A stretch of DNA of 60,531 nt from a virus (taxonomy: Duplodnaviria; Caudoviricetes): positions 1 to 60,531 of the IMG/VR virus record IMGVR_UViG_3300044457_000011, one strand, 5' to 3'. Shown piece by piece: positions 35,740-45,290 of the stretch (its first letter is position 1; each line of letters begins with the position of its first letter). Position numbers and translations under genes: made by a program. The notes below the pieces were generated by a model, which saw nothing but the letters and a program-made list of their open reading frames with translations, was not told where the DNA came from and searched no databases.

Positions 35740-35994
35740 ATGGCGACCGACCCGACAACAGACATCAATTGGTGGATCACCCGGCGGGCGGCTCTCTACA
35801 AGGCCTATACCAGTGGCGTGAAAGAGGTCCGATTCGAGACCCGGGTGGACGTCTTTAGATCCATGGACGAATTGGCGCAGGCCATCAGCTATTGCGACGG
35901 GATGATTGGATCAATGGGTGGGACGCCATTCCCGCCATTTGCCTACCCGGCGGCCGGTCGAGTTCGAACCACGAGGGTGGATATGTATGAGTAA
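35740..35994 (+). CDS. gpW-like head completion protein
   Basis: AYTSGVKEVRF...FRSMDELAQAI; between terL and portal. Confidence 0.8.
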   Translation: MATDPTTDINWWITRRAALYKAYTSGVKEVRFETRVDVFRSMDELAQAISYCDGMIGSMGGTPFPPFAYPAAGRVRTTRVDMYE

Positions 35995-37576
35995 TAGCGT
36001 TGAAAAACCGGGCCTCACTAGCCGGATAAAAGGCGCCTATCGGATGCTCGTGTCCGGGTCGCCGGATACGATGGCGACGGGTTTCGATAGCGGCAGCCGG
36101 ATGGTGCAGCGCATCAAGAATTGGGTTCCGCCCACCAACGAAATCAACGCCGCGATTACGAGCGACGGCCAGTTGATGCGGAACCGCAGCCGCAAGCTCA
36201 TTGTGGAGAATCCTTGGGCATCGGCGGCACTCGACCTGTTCGTTTCCAACGCGGTATCGACCGGACCGATTCCGCGGCCGTTCCATCCGGACGCCAATAA
36301 ACGCCAGCAGATGATTTATCTGTTCGACCGCTGGAGCCGGGTGTGCGTCAGCAACAGCTCCATGGACTTTTACGCGCTGTGCGCGTTGGCGGTTCGCGCC
36401 CAACGCAGCGACGGCGATTCGTTCACCCGGATCCGGTACCGGCGGACCGAGGACGGCCTGCCAGTGGGCATGCAGTTGCAGCCGCTCGAGGCGGACTTTT
36501 GTCCGCTCAATAAGCATGAGCTCCTGCCCACCACCGGACACCGGATCGAGGCGGGGATCGAGTTCGATGGGATTGGACGGCGGTCCGCTTATTGGATGCA
36601 CAAGGCCCATCCAGCGGGGTCGAACCCAGGAGCCCGCGACCTGGAGTTGTTCCGGGTGCCGGCCGACGAGATCGTACACATGTTCGAGGTCAAGCGGCCG
36701 GGCCAGGAGCGCGGCTATCCGTGGCTCACGCCGTCGATCATCGCGCTGTACGACTTGAAGCAGTTAATGGACGCCAGTTTGATGCGGTTGAAGCTGGCGA
36801 ATCTCCTTTCCATTTGGATTAAGAAGGGTCCGAACTCCAACGGAATTCTCGGCGAGACGCCGGTGGCCGGGGTCCAGGGGACCGTTCCCACGCCCGCGGC
36901 CGGTACCACCCAAGGCCGCTATGAGACGAGCTTCGCGCCCGGCTCGGTGAACTACTGCGAGGAGAACGAGGAGCCGCACTTCCTGATTCCGCCCGATCAG
37001 GGCAACAACTTTCAGGCGTTCGTGAACTTCTATCTGCGTTCGATCGCGCGGGCGCTTGGGTTGACCTACGAGCAGTTGTCGGGCGACCTCACGGGCGTGA
37101 ACTTCGCCAGCAGCCGCGCCGGCATCCTGGAGATGCGCCGGCTGATGGAGATGTGGCAATACCACGTCATGATCCATCAGTTTTGCCGGCCGATTTGGGA
37201 CAAGTGGATCCGGGAGGCGCTGCTCGAGGGGCGTCTGTGGCGAGGAGCCGAGTCCGAGTTCGCGGCCAACCCGGCCTACTTTGCAGCCGATTGGGCGCCG
37301 CCGGCCTGGCCGTGGGTGGATCCGGTGAAGGACCTGCAGGCGGCCCGCGACAGGATCCGAGCCGGCTTAGGTTCCCGCCGTAAAGAGTTGGCCCGGCTGG
37401 GCGAGGACATCGAGCAGATCGATCAGGAGAACCACGACGACAACGAGCGGTCCGACGATCTTGGTCTGATGTACGACTCCGATGGGCGTGTGGCGCTCGG
37501 GGCCGGCCGGAAGCCGGCCGAGGAAGAAGAGGAAGAAGAAGATCCGGCCAATCAGCCGGCGAAAGGGGGGGGCTAA
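35987..37576 (+). CDS. Portal protein, lambda family
   Basis: RSRKL..NP, GIEFD, RPGQERG, YEQLSGD..VNFASSRAG, WVDPVKD. Confidence 0.95.
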   Translation: MSNSVEKPGLTSRIKGAYRMLVSGSPDTMATGFDSGSRMVQRIKNWVPPTNEINAAITSDGQLMRNRSRKLIVENPWASAALDLFVSNAVSTGPIPRPFHPDANKRQQMIYLFDRWSRVCVSNSSMDFYALCALAVRAQRSDGDSFTRIRYRRTEDGLPVGMQLQPLEADFCPLNKHELLPTTGHRIEAGIEFDGIGRRSAYWMHKAHPAGSNPGARDLELFRVPADEIVHMFEVKRPGQERGYPWLTPSIIALYDLKQLMDASLMRLKLANLLSIWIKKGPNSNGILGETPVAGVQGTVPTPAAGTTQGRYETSFAPGSVNYCEENEEPHFLIPPDQGNNFQAFVNFYLRSIARALGLTYEQLSGDLTGVNFASSRAGILEMRRLMEMWQYHVMIHQFCRPIWDKWIREALLEGRLWRGAESEFAANPAYFAADWAPPAWPWVDPVKDLQAARDRIRAGLGSRRKELARLGEDIEQIDQENHDDNERSDDLGLMYDSDGRVALGAGRKPAEEEEEEEDPANQPAKGGG

Positions 37577-38923
37577 ATGGGCGACGAATTGGAACTTATG
37601 GTTCAAGGGACCGGGACCGTTTTTGGCGGCGATCCCGGCTTCACCTGGAGTCCGAAGCTAGTTAAACCGGTGGGCGAGTTGGGGCCGTGGGCCTCAGCCG
37701 ACAGGTACCGGCGGGAGTTGATGGCCCGGGCCGGTAACAAGCCGGTGTTGTTTTCCGCCGACGCCGGGTGGCCGGTGACCAGCCAGCAGCGCAAGCCCTA
37801 CGCGGTCCAGAACCGGGTGGCCATCATCGAGATCTCCGGGGTGCTGTCAAACGATCCCTGGTATTGGGACGAGACCGGGTACGGCCAGATTCAGCACGAG
37901 GTCCGGTTCGCCGCCCAGGACGCCGACGTGGACGGGATCCTGCTGAAGATCGACTCACCCGGCGGCTATACCGACGGCGCCTACGAGACTGCCGACCTGA
38001 TCTACAAGGTGGGCAAGACCAAACCCATTTGGGCGGCGGCCGCGCCGATGGCCTATTCGGCGGCGTACCTGATCGGCAGCCAGGCGGCTAAGATTTTCAC
38101 GCCCGATATTTCGGGCGGCGTTGGTTCGATCGGGGTCTACTGCCTGCACATGGATATGTCGGAGGCGCTGAAACAGTACGGCGTCAAGGCGACATTCATT
38201 CAAGCCGGTGAGGGCAAGACCGACGGCAATCCTTACGAGCCGCTTTCGGATCGGGCGCGGGAGGACTTGCAGGCCGACGTCAACCGTTTATATTCCGCGT
38301 TCGTTTCGCGTGTGTCGCGAGGACGCGGATTGAAAGAGAGTGAGATCATCGCCTTGGGCGCCTTCACGTACGATGGCGCCCAAGCGGCGATCGCCGCAGG
38401 TCTGGCGGATAAAACCGGCACGCCAGAGGCCGCCATCGCGGCTATGTCCAAGACCAAGGACGGCAGGTTGATGTTCGAAGAGCCGTTGGCTGATGCCGGC
38501 GGAGTGAGGAGCCTTTCTATGAGCACAGAACCTACCGGTCAGGCACAGCCCCAAGCACAGCCGCAAGCAACGCCGCCGGCACCACAGGCCGCAGCACCAC
38601 CCCCAGCCGCGCCGCCGCCCGTCGTCAATCCCGCGGGCAGCGATGCGATGACCAAACTATTGGACGAACAAGAGCAGGTTCGCGACCTTTGCGAAATAGC
38701 CGGTAAGCCGGCGCTTGCTCTCGACTTCCAACGACGCAACTTAAGCGTGGCGCAAGTCCGCGCTGAACTGAAAAAGGCCCGGGTAGATGGGCAGGCCGGC
38801 GAAATCAACCCCACCATCAGCGGGTTGGCCGGCCTCGGGAAAGAGAATCGGCAAAGCCTGGCGGCCCGCATGGTCCAGCATCTGCGCCGCAACGGCAAAG
38901 TGCCGGTAGAGAGGGGGGCATAA
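37577..38923 (+). CDS. S49 capsid maturation protease (gpC-like)
   Basis: IDSPGG, AYSAAYLIGS, GSIGV, K.DGNPYEPL. Confidence 0.93.
   Translation: MGDELELMVQGTGTVFGGDPGFTWSPKLVKPVGELGPWASADRYRRELMARAGNKPVLFSADAGWPVTSQQRKPYAVQNRVAIIEISGVLSNDPWYWDETGYGQIQHEVRFAAQDADVDGILLKIDSPGGYTDGAYETADLIYKVGKTKPIWAAAAPMAYSAAYLIGSQAAKIFTPDISGGVGSIGVYCLHMDMSEALKQYGVKATFIQAGEGKTDGNPYEPLSDRAREDLQADVNRLYSAFVSRVSRGRGLKESEIIALGAFTYDGAQAAIAAGLADKTGTPEAAIAAMSKTKDGRLMFEEPLADAGGVRSLSMSTEPTGQAQPQAQPQATPPAPQAAAPPPAAPPPVVNPAGSDAMTKLLDEQEQVRDLCEIAGKPALALDFQRRNLSVAQVRAELKKARVDGQAGEINPTISGLAGLGKENRQSLAARMVQHLRRNGKVPVERGA
38519..38923 (+). CDS. Nested in-frame scaffold protein (Nu3-like)
   Basis: GAGGAG 7 nt before the in-frame ATG 38519, followed by a Pro/Ala linker and helical tail. 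Confidence 0.6.
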   Translation: MSTEPTGQAQPQAQPQATPPAPQAAAPPPAAPPPVVNPAGSDAMTKLLDEQEQVRDLCEIAGKPALALDFQRRNLSVAQVRAELKKARVDGQAGEINPTISGLAGLGKENRQSLAARMVQHLRRNGKVPVERGA

Positions 38924-38925
38924 CC

Positions 38926-39465
38926 TTGCCACGATACGACGACCAGCACAAAGAAGAAGTTAAGCCGTTTGGCGATCCCAAGGGAGGCCACAACGCGCCA
39001 AAAGGCAAGACCATCGAGCCGATCGCATCGACAGACGGCACCGTTTCGACGCAGCAAGCCGTTGTGGCGGCCCGGGCGGCGGGCGGAAACACGGCGCCGA
39101 TCATCGACCGGCACCGCAGGCTGAGCGATTGGCTCGGCGGCGAACCGGACTATCCGCCTTACTTCGGCCGCGACGAAGTGGCGGTGGTGGCCGGCGAGGA
39201 GATGTGGACGGGGACCATTCTCCAGGCTGCCGGCGCCGGCGAGGTGCAGGCATGGGTGGCCGGCCAGACACCGGTGGGCATCCTGATCAGCGAGTACATT
39301 CCCGGTGAGACCACCGCGCCTTATCTCGCTGTTGCCCTGATGCGCGGTCCGGCGCATATCAAGGACATGGGCATTCTGTGGCCGGACGGCATTACGGCGC
39401 AACAAATCGAGGCCTGCAAAGTAGCCTTTGCCGCTAAGCAGATCGTTTTCCGGGAGACGGCGTAA
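38926..39465 (+). CDS. Head decoration protein (gpD-like)
   Basis: RDEV.V..G...GTIL...GIL...RGP...LWPDGIT; between protease and capsid genes. Confidence 0.8.
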   Translation: MPRYDDQHKEEVKPFGDPKGGHNAPKGKTIEPIASTDGTVSTQQAVVAARAAGGNTAPIIDRHRRLSDWLGGEPDYPPYFGRDEVAVVAGEEMWTGTILQAAGAGEVQAWVAGQTPVGILISEYIPGETTAPYLAVALMRGPAHIKDMGILWPDGITAQQIEACKVAFAAKQIVFRETA

Positions 39466-39495
39466 GCCAGAGAAAGAAAAGAGGAATAGAACACC

Positions 39496-40524
39496 ATGCC
39501 TGGCTTACTCACTGATGTTTTTAACAGCGACGCATTCTCGCTCACCGAACTGACCGATGCGTTCAATATCGTGCCGAATACGTTCGGAAAACTGCGGCGC
39601 ATGAACCTGTTTCCGGACAAACCCGTCCGGAGCCCGCTGGCCACGTTCGAACGCCGGACGTTCAGCAACAACCTTCTGCCCTCCGTCCAGTGGGGCGGCC
39701 CGGCGTCCCAGGGCAGCTTGGGCGGGCGCGACCTGGCCCGGATCCCGATCCCGCACTTCCCGCACGAGGACATCGTCCACGCGCAGGATGTTATGGGCGT
39801 TCGGGCCTTCGGCAGTACCGACTCTTTTGCCGCGATCCAGGACCTCATCAACGAGAAGCTGGAGACCATGGCCGGCAAGCACGACATTACGCGCGAGTTT
39901 ATGTCGTGGGGCGCGTTGAACGGGATCGTCATGGACGGCAACGGCGTCGTCATCGCCGACCTGTTCGAGGCATTCGGCCGGACGGAGAAGGTCATCGATT
40001 TCGACCTCGACAACCAGGCGACCGAGCCGCTCCTGAAGGTCATGGAGATGAAGCGGTACATCGAGTTGAACATGGAAGGCGAGCAGTCCACCGGGGTCTG
40101 GTGCCCGGTTGCTTACGACTTCTTTGCCAAACTCGTTACGCATCCGAATGTGAAGGCCGCCTACAACACCTATTTGCAAGGGCAGCAGCCGTTGCGTGAG
40201 GACTTGCGGACCGGATTTAACTACATGGGCGTAATGTTCGAGGTCGAGGAGGGCTATGCCACGACCGCGGGCACACCGACGACGGCGCCGGTGACGCACC
40301 GGTTCATTCCGGACGGGACGGGGCGGGCGGTTCCGCTCGGCACCGATTCGTTTGGGACGCTGCTGGCGCCGGCCGATTTCATCGAGACGGTGAACACGCC
40401 GGGACTGCCGCGTTACGCCAAGCAGTTTATTGATAAGTTCGACCGCTTCGTGCAGCTGCACACGCAATCGAACCCCATGCCGTACTGCAAGCGGCCGCAG
40501 ATTCTCGTTAAACTCCTGATGTAG
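39496..40524 (+). CDS. Major capsid protein, lambda gpE family
   Basis: FSLTELTDAFN, PHFPHED, TREF..GAL.G, APADF.ETVNT.G.P.YAK, QSNP.P...RP. Confidence 0.95.
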   Translation: MPGLLTDVFNSDAFSLTELTDAFNIVPNTFGKLRRMNLFPDKPVRSPLATFERRTFSNNLLPSVQWGGPASQGSLGGRDLARIPIPHFPHEDIVHAQDVMGVRAFGSTDSFAAIQDLINEKLETMAGKHDITREFMSWGALNGIVMDGNGVVIADLFEAFGRTEKVIDFDLDNQATEPLLKVMEMKRYIELNMEGEQSTGVWCPVAYDFFAKLVTHPNVKAAYNTYLQGQQPLREDLRTGFNYMGVMFEVEEGYATTAGTPTTAPVTHRFIPDGTGRAVPLGTDSFGTLLAPADFIETVNTPGLPRYAKQFIDKFDRFVQLHTQSNPMPYCKRPQILVKLLM

Positions 40525-40556
40525 CTCGGGCCAGCTACGTTTGCATACCATCTACC

Positions 40557-40594
40557 CGGCCGCCCTTACCCAAGAGAGAGGGCGGCCGTTTTTT
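40557..40594 (+). terminator. Intrinsic terminator after the capsid gene
   Basis: CGGCCGCCCT...AGGGCGGCCG followed by T6. Confidence 0.8.
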
Positions 40595-40719
40595 ATGGTC
40601 CGGAGGGGGGAAGTCAGCCATCCTGGAGGTGTCCAAGCGTTAATGCTGTCCTGCATTGACCTTGTTAAGGCCCGTCTGGTTTGTCCCGGACGGGCTGTCC
40701 TTTTTGTAGCCTGTGGATC

Positions 40720-41433
40720 ATGCCAGACGATATCGATCTCCAGGCCGAGCCGGCCGCGTCCGCGACATGGTCCGTCCCGCGCGAGTGGGCTGGCGACACG
40801 GCGTTCCTTATCGGTGGGGGTCCTTCGCTCCGGGGTTTCCCCGTCGATCGCCTCCGCGGCCGCGGGCGCGTCATCGTTATCAATCGCATGGTGTTGCCGT
40901 GCGAGGAGTGGCCGGGCGTGCCGTGGGCCGATGTCCTCCACTTCTGCGATTGCAGTTTCTGGGTCAGCTTCCGCGACCAGATCCTACCGCTCTGGCAGGG
41001 CGGCCGGATCACCACGCTGTGCAACGGCTACATGGTGGAGGCCGGCGCGGTGGTGGCGGCCCGGATGTACCCGGGCGACGGCCTGTTGCGCTTGGCCCGG
41101 GCGCCGCGGTTGGGGTTGAGCAACGATCCGCGCCGGCTGTCCCACGGTTCGAGCTCGGGCTACCAGGCCATCAATCTCGCCTATCTGTTCGGCGCCACGC
41201 GCATTGTTCTGTTGGGTTTCGATCTGCAGTTCGCGGGCGATCGCACTCACACCCACGCCGGGTACGGGATCCGGCAGGCGACCCTGTCCCACCAGTTGGG
41301 GGTTCATGCGTCCGCGTTCCCGTTCCTGGTGGAGCCGCTCGAGCGCGCCGGTGTGGAAGTCTTGAACGCCAGTCCAAATTCGGCGCTTACGTGTTGGCCG
41401 AGAATTCCGCGCGATGAGACTCTGTCTCTATGA
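40720..41433 (+). CDS. Maf/DUF115-like (sialyltransferase-type fold) putative glycosyltransferase
   Basis: LIGGGPSL...VIN...SSGYQAINLAYLFGATRIVLLGFD...H.H...NAS..S.L. Confidence 0.75.
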   Translation: MPDDIDLQAEPAASATWSVPREWAGDTAFLIGGGPSLRGFPVDRLRGRGRVIVINRMVLPCEEWPGVPWADVLHFCDCSFWVSFRDQILPLWQGGRITTLCNGYMVEAGAVVAARMYPGDGLLRLARAPRLGLSNDPRRLSHGSSSGYQAINLAYLFGATRIVLLGFDLQFAGDRTHTHAGYGIRQATLSHQLGVHASAFPFLVEPLERAGVEVLNASPNSALTCWPRIPRDETLSL

Positions 41434-42011
41434 TTCCAGAGGTTTCGGTGGCTATTCCGGTCCGGGCCGGGGAGACGACCATGCCGGTGCTCAAGTCGTT
41501 AGGGCGCCAGGAGGGTGTCCGGCTGCAGGTGAGTATCTGTCACGACGTCGACGGCCGTGGCGCCAATTGGGCGCGGAACCAGGCGGCCGCGGTGGCCCGG
41601 CATCCGTTTCTCCTGTTTAGCGACGCCGATATCGAGTGGGAGCCGATGGCGCTGTTGCATCTGGTGCGGACGCTCGAGGCCAACCCGGGCGCCGCCTACG
41701 CTTACGGCAGCTACGAGATGGCCGGGCGGATCCAATGCACCGAGCCGTTCAGCCCGTCCCGGTTGCGGCAGCGTAACTTCGTATCGACCATGAGCCTGCT
41801 ACGGCGCGAGACGTTCCCGGGGTTCGATGAGTCGATCGGCCGTTTCCAGGATTGGGACCTATGGCTCACGATGCTCAAAAAAGGCCACATCGGCGTGCAA
41901 TCCAATCGCCTGCTATTCCGGACGCGGTTGCGCGACGGGATCACGCTGAACGGCCCGATTTCGGCCGAGGACGGCCGCGCCATTATCCGGCGAAAGCATA
42001 ACCTCGTTTGA
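41430..42011 (+). CDS. Glycosyltransferase family 2
   Basis: VSVAIP, GANWARN, FSDAD, FDE...QDWDLWL. Confidence 0.9.
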   Translation: MIPEVSVAIPVRAGETTMPVLKSLGRQEGVRLQVSICHDVDGRGANWARNQAAAVARHPFLLFSDADIEWEPMALLHLVRTLEANPGAAYAYGSYEMAGRIQCTEPFSPSRLRQRNFVSTMSLLRRETFPGFDESIGRFQDWDLWLTMLKKGHIGVQSNRLLFRTRLRDGITLNGPISAEDGRAIIRRKHNLV

Positions 42012-42012
42012 T

Positions 42013-42732
42013 ATGAAAGTCGCCATTTACACGCTCACCCGGGACCGGTTGGAGTACACCCAGCGCAGTTTCGAATCGCTCCGTGAACGCGCCGGTTACG
42101 AGTACAGTCACCTCGTGATCGACAACGGATCCACGGATGGGACGGTCGAGTGGCTGAAGGAGGAATCCAATGCTTCGCGGCTGCAGGTGGCATTCGCCAA
42201 TCGGAATCTCGGTATATCCGTCGCGTCCAATATTGCCCTGGAAGTCATCGGCAACCGTTCGCCGCTCCATCGGCCGGACCTGATCGTGAAAATGGACAAC
42301 GATTGCATGATTAAGAGTCCGGACCTGTTGCGGCGCGTGGTGGAGTGTTTCCAGGCGTCGGAGCAGCGGATATTGGGACCGGCCTTCCTGTTGTCGCCGG
42401 CGGTCATCGGGATTAACAAGCAGCCGCAGGTGGCCCGGCATACCCGGTTGGGGGAGTACCAGATCAATCTGACCGCGATCGTGGGCGGGTTGTTCCACGT
42501 GCTGCCGGCGACCGCGTATCTGCATTACCGCTATCCCGAGAACTTGCCTTATGCCAAAGGGCAGGACGACGCTCTCTGCAACTACTGGAAACAGCAGGGC
42601 GGCGAGGTCGGATACATCGACGCTCTGATGGTGGAGCACATGGACGGCACCGACGCGCAGGCAGAGAAATACCCGGAGTATTTTCAGCGCAAGTGGTTAG
42701 AAGAAAAGCAAATTCCGCCTTCTGACGACTGA
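42013..42732 (+). CDS. Glycosyltransferase family 2
   Basis: IDNGSTDGT, NLGISVASN, MDND, QDD. Confidence 0.92.
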   Translation: MKVAIYTLTRDRLEYTQRSFESLRERAGYEYSHLVIDNGSTDGTVEWLKEESNASRLQVAFANRNLGISVASNIALEVIGNRSPLHRPDLIVKMDNDCMIKSPDLLRRVVECFQASEQRILGPAFLLSPAVIGINKQPQVARHTRLGEYQINLTAIVGGLFHVLPATAYLHYRYPENLPYAKGQDDALCNYWKQQGGEVGYIDALMVEHMDGTDAQAEKYPEYFQRKWLEEKQIPPSDD

Positions 42733-42765
42733 CCGCGCCCGGCGCTCTCTGCTTATACTTCCGTT

Positions 42766-43917
42766 GTGAATCTCCACTACTTACTCGCTGACAACATAGC
42801 TAAAGGCGAGCGTTGGCTTGAGCAGCAACACGAGGCCGGATGCTACTTCGCAAACGAACACGACCGCGGCATCCAGCCGACAGCGGCCGCGGCGCACTAT
42901 TGGGCCTGGGCGGCGGCGATAAAAGTGGGCAAGGATCGCGGCTACCTGAACCACGCGCGGGCGGCCGCCGACTGGATGGCGGGTTACTGGGAAGAGAACG
43001 AGCGGCGATTGCCCGATCCGGGATCTGGCACCGAGTACTTCTTTGACCTGGGATGCGCTGCCCGGGCACTGTTCGCGGTGTATCGGGCGACCGAAGTTGA
43101 GCGCTATGCAGATGTTTCGGTGCAGATGGTGGCCCGGATGAGCGACTTTGCCAACGCCACTTATCCCGGCCGGTTCCACGCCGTTATTGAACTCCCGGGT
43201 GCAGTCACCTACATTGACCCCGACGCGCCGCCCATACCAAACGGCCATCCCGCCTGGCGGCAAACGTTCGGGCCGCACCAGCGGAAGGCGGCCGTTGCTC
43301 TCCGCTTGTTTAATCGCCCGCTTTATGACGTGGTCGACGTAGCCCTGATGGACTACGCTGTCTACTTCACAGCAGAGACCGGAGTGGACCCGGATTTACC
43401 GTTAGCTGCGGCCTATGAGCAGGAGGACCCGGCCAAGCGCCAGAAGCCAACCGGTAAGGTCGCCAAGGAGATAGCGGAGTTCACGCGGCGGTGCGCTATC
43501 CGATCGGCCGAGCACGACGCGGTGCGCTGCCAGATCGAGGCGTATTCGGCCGAGGCGTTGGTATTGGGGCAGTATTCGCAACAGCGGGCGCGGCAAGTGA
43601 TCGAGCAGTTGGGCGTGCTGATCGCCCAGTCGCCCATCCTGCGAACCGACGCCTATGGGCAGTGGATCCGCTTGCGGTTGCTCACCGGCGCTAAACCTTC
43701 GTTTCCGCTGATCGACATCGAGAAGCTGTGCCAGGCGCAGACCCCTTCCGGCGGGTGGCAGACGTTTATGGCCCATCCGGATCCGGCGACCTGCATTGAG
43801 TGTTCGGTGGAGGCGACGGTCATCGCCATGCAGACCTTGGGCATCTACGCGGACAGGAGCGATCGCACCGCGTTCCCGCACGGTCCGCTCGGTAAGCGCG
43901 AACTGGTGATCATATGA
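42766..43917 (+). CDS. All-helical protein, possible (alpha/alpha)-toroid with a QW-like motif
   Basis: YLNHARAAADW, YFFDLG..ARALF..Y.AT...Y, QAQTPSGGW...VEAT..A.Q.L. Confidence 0.55.
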   Translation: MNLHYLLADNIAKGERWLEQQHEAGCYFANEHDRGIQPTAAAAHYWAWAAAIKVGKDRGYLNHARAAADWMAGYWEENERRLPDPGSGTEYFFDLGCAARALFAVYRATEVERYADVSVQMVARMSDFANATYPGRFHAVIELPGAVTYIDPDAPPIPNGHPAWRQTFGPHQRKAAVALRLFNRPLYDVVDVALMDYAVYFTAETGVDPDLPLAAAYEQEDPAKRQKPTGKVAKEIAEFTRRCAIRSAEHDAVRCQIEAYSAEALVLGQYSQQRARQVIEQLGVLIAQSPILRTDAYGQWIRLRLLTGAKPSFPLIDIEKLCQAQTPSGGWQTFMAHPDPATCIECSVEATVIAMQTLGIYADRSDRTAFPHGPLGKRELVII

Positions 43918-44726
43918 GCCCGGCCACCCAGGAGAGTCCTATCGGTTGGTATGCGCCGCCGGCGCGGGTGATGAAGCCGCAGGTGATTGTCACGTCCTAC
44001 CGGCGGCCGCTCTACCTCGAGCAATGTCTCGGTTCGTTGCGGCAATGCGACATCGAGTTGTACGCCGTCGACGGCGGCGATCGCGACGAGGAAACCACGC
44101 GAGTCCTGGACAACTATTGCGACAAGTGGCTGGGATTGACCGGCAATCCGGGCGCCGACGTGGCGCGGAACGCGGGTCTGAAGGCGTTTGTCACCGACCC
44201 GGTGTGCGTCTTTTCTTCCGATGACTACGTGTACCCGCGACGGTGGGCCGCCGAACTGCTCGACCAGTGGTACTCGCTCCGCGGACCCAAGAGCGCCGGC
44301 GCCAGCCAGTGGGGGATGATCGCCTGTCCAACGGAGGAAGTGATCCGGATTCATGGGGACTCGGGCGATCGCGCCTATCAGCAACCCGATTTGTTCTCCA
44401 TCAGGAAGATGTGTCTGGTGGATCAGATCCCGGGCGCCTCTGGCGTGCTGATCGATACGAACCTTTTACGCCGGATCGGCGGGTTCCCGGTCTATGGGCG
44501 GTTTGGCCATGGACTCGCCGCGCTCTCGATTGAAATGTCGAGCCGCAATATCCTACGCGGCTACTCCGACGCGCCCGTCGTCGGTCACCCGGGGGTCTAT
44601 CTCTACCCGGAGCACAGCGATCGCCGGGCGGCGGTGGCCGGCTGGCGGACCGAGGCCGCGGCCCATCGGCCCGGGGAGCGATGCGGGAATATATGGCCGG
44701 GCGACCTCCCGGGGGATGCGCTGTGA
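43914..44726 (+). CDS. Glycosyltransferase family 2
   Basis: IVTSYRR..L..CL.SL, VDGG, NPG..ARNAG, SSDD, RIGGF. Confidence 0.85.
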   Translation: MSPATQESPIGWYAPPARVMKPQVIVTSYRRPLYLEQCLGSLRQCDIELYAVDGGDRDEETTRVLDNYCDKWLGLTGNPGADVARNAGLKAFVTDPVCVFSSDDYVYPRRWAAELLDQWYSLRGPKSAGASQWGMIACPTEEVIRIHGDSGDRAYQQPDLFSIRKMCLVDQIPGASGVLIDTNLLRRIGGFPVYGRFGHGLAALSIEMSSRNILRGYSDAPVVGHPGVYLYPEHSDRRAAVAGWRTEAAAHRPGERCGNIWPGDLPGDAL

Positions 44727-45262
44727 AGGAGGCCGGGCCGCGGTTTATGAATATCTGCGCCGGCGATCGCGTCTTTCCCGGATGGGAATCGACCGACATC
44801 GCACCCACCGATCCGCGCGTCCTGATGGCTGACGCCACTTCCCTGCCCTACGCCGACGCCACCGTCGACGTCGTCATGATGAGTCACGCTTTGACGAACC
44901 TCGACCGGGTCAAGAACGGATGGCGGCGCTGTTTTGAAGAGGTGCACCGGGTGTTACGGCCGGGCGGCTGTTTCCGGATCGATGACGCGCCCGAGCGGTG
45001 GTACGTGACGGACGAGCAAGGCATGCCCATTATCGAGCCGGACTTCGCAGCCTACGCCAAGCCGCGGGGTTGGGTGGTGCGGGCGCTTTATATGTCCGGC
45101 TTCAGCGAAGTGTTTTCGGTGAATCCCGCGACCACCTCTATTCCCGCGTTGCTCGACACCTTCACCTACAGCGCCGAGGAACGGTGGCAACTCGAGCACG
45201 GTCTAATCGGCAACAAAAGCTGGCACGTATCTTTCACGCTCGAAGCGGTGAAGGCGCTGTAA
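44723..45262 (+). CDS. Class I SAM-dependent methyltransferase
   Basis: NICAG, TDI, DATSLPYADATVD...SH.L, EVHRVLRPGG; GTGA coupling. Confidence 0.88.
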   Translation: MKEAGPRFMNICAGDRVFPGWESTDIAPTDPRVLMADATSLPYADATVDVVMMSHALTNLDRVKNGWRRCFEEVHRVLRPGGCFRIDDAPERWYVTDEQGMPIIEPDFAAYAKPRGWVVRALYMSGFSEVFSVNPATTSIPALLDTFTYSAEERWQLEHGLIGNKSWHVSFTLEAVKAL

Positions 45263-45280
45263 TCGGGACAGTCCGGACAA
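45261..45280 (-). repeat. Half copy of the dispersed motif (right-hand arms only)
   Basis: Minus strand reads TTGTCCGGACTGTCCCGATT. Confidence 0.5.
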
Positions 45281-45290
45281 AGGAGGAAAT

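Noticed and set aside
39505-40551. 348-aa antisense ORF over the capsid gene (likewise 33961-34983, 31175-32284, 27563-28519, 3287-4216)
   Set aside because: Shadow ORFs expected from high-GC codon bias opposite well-supported genes.
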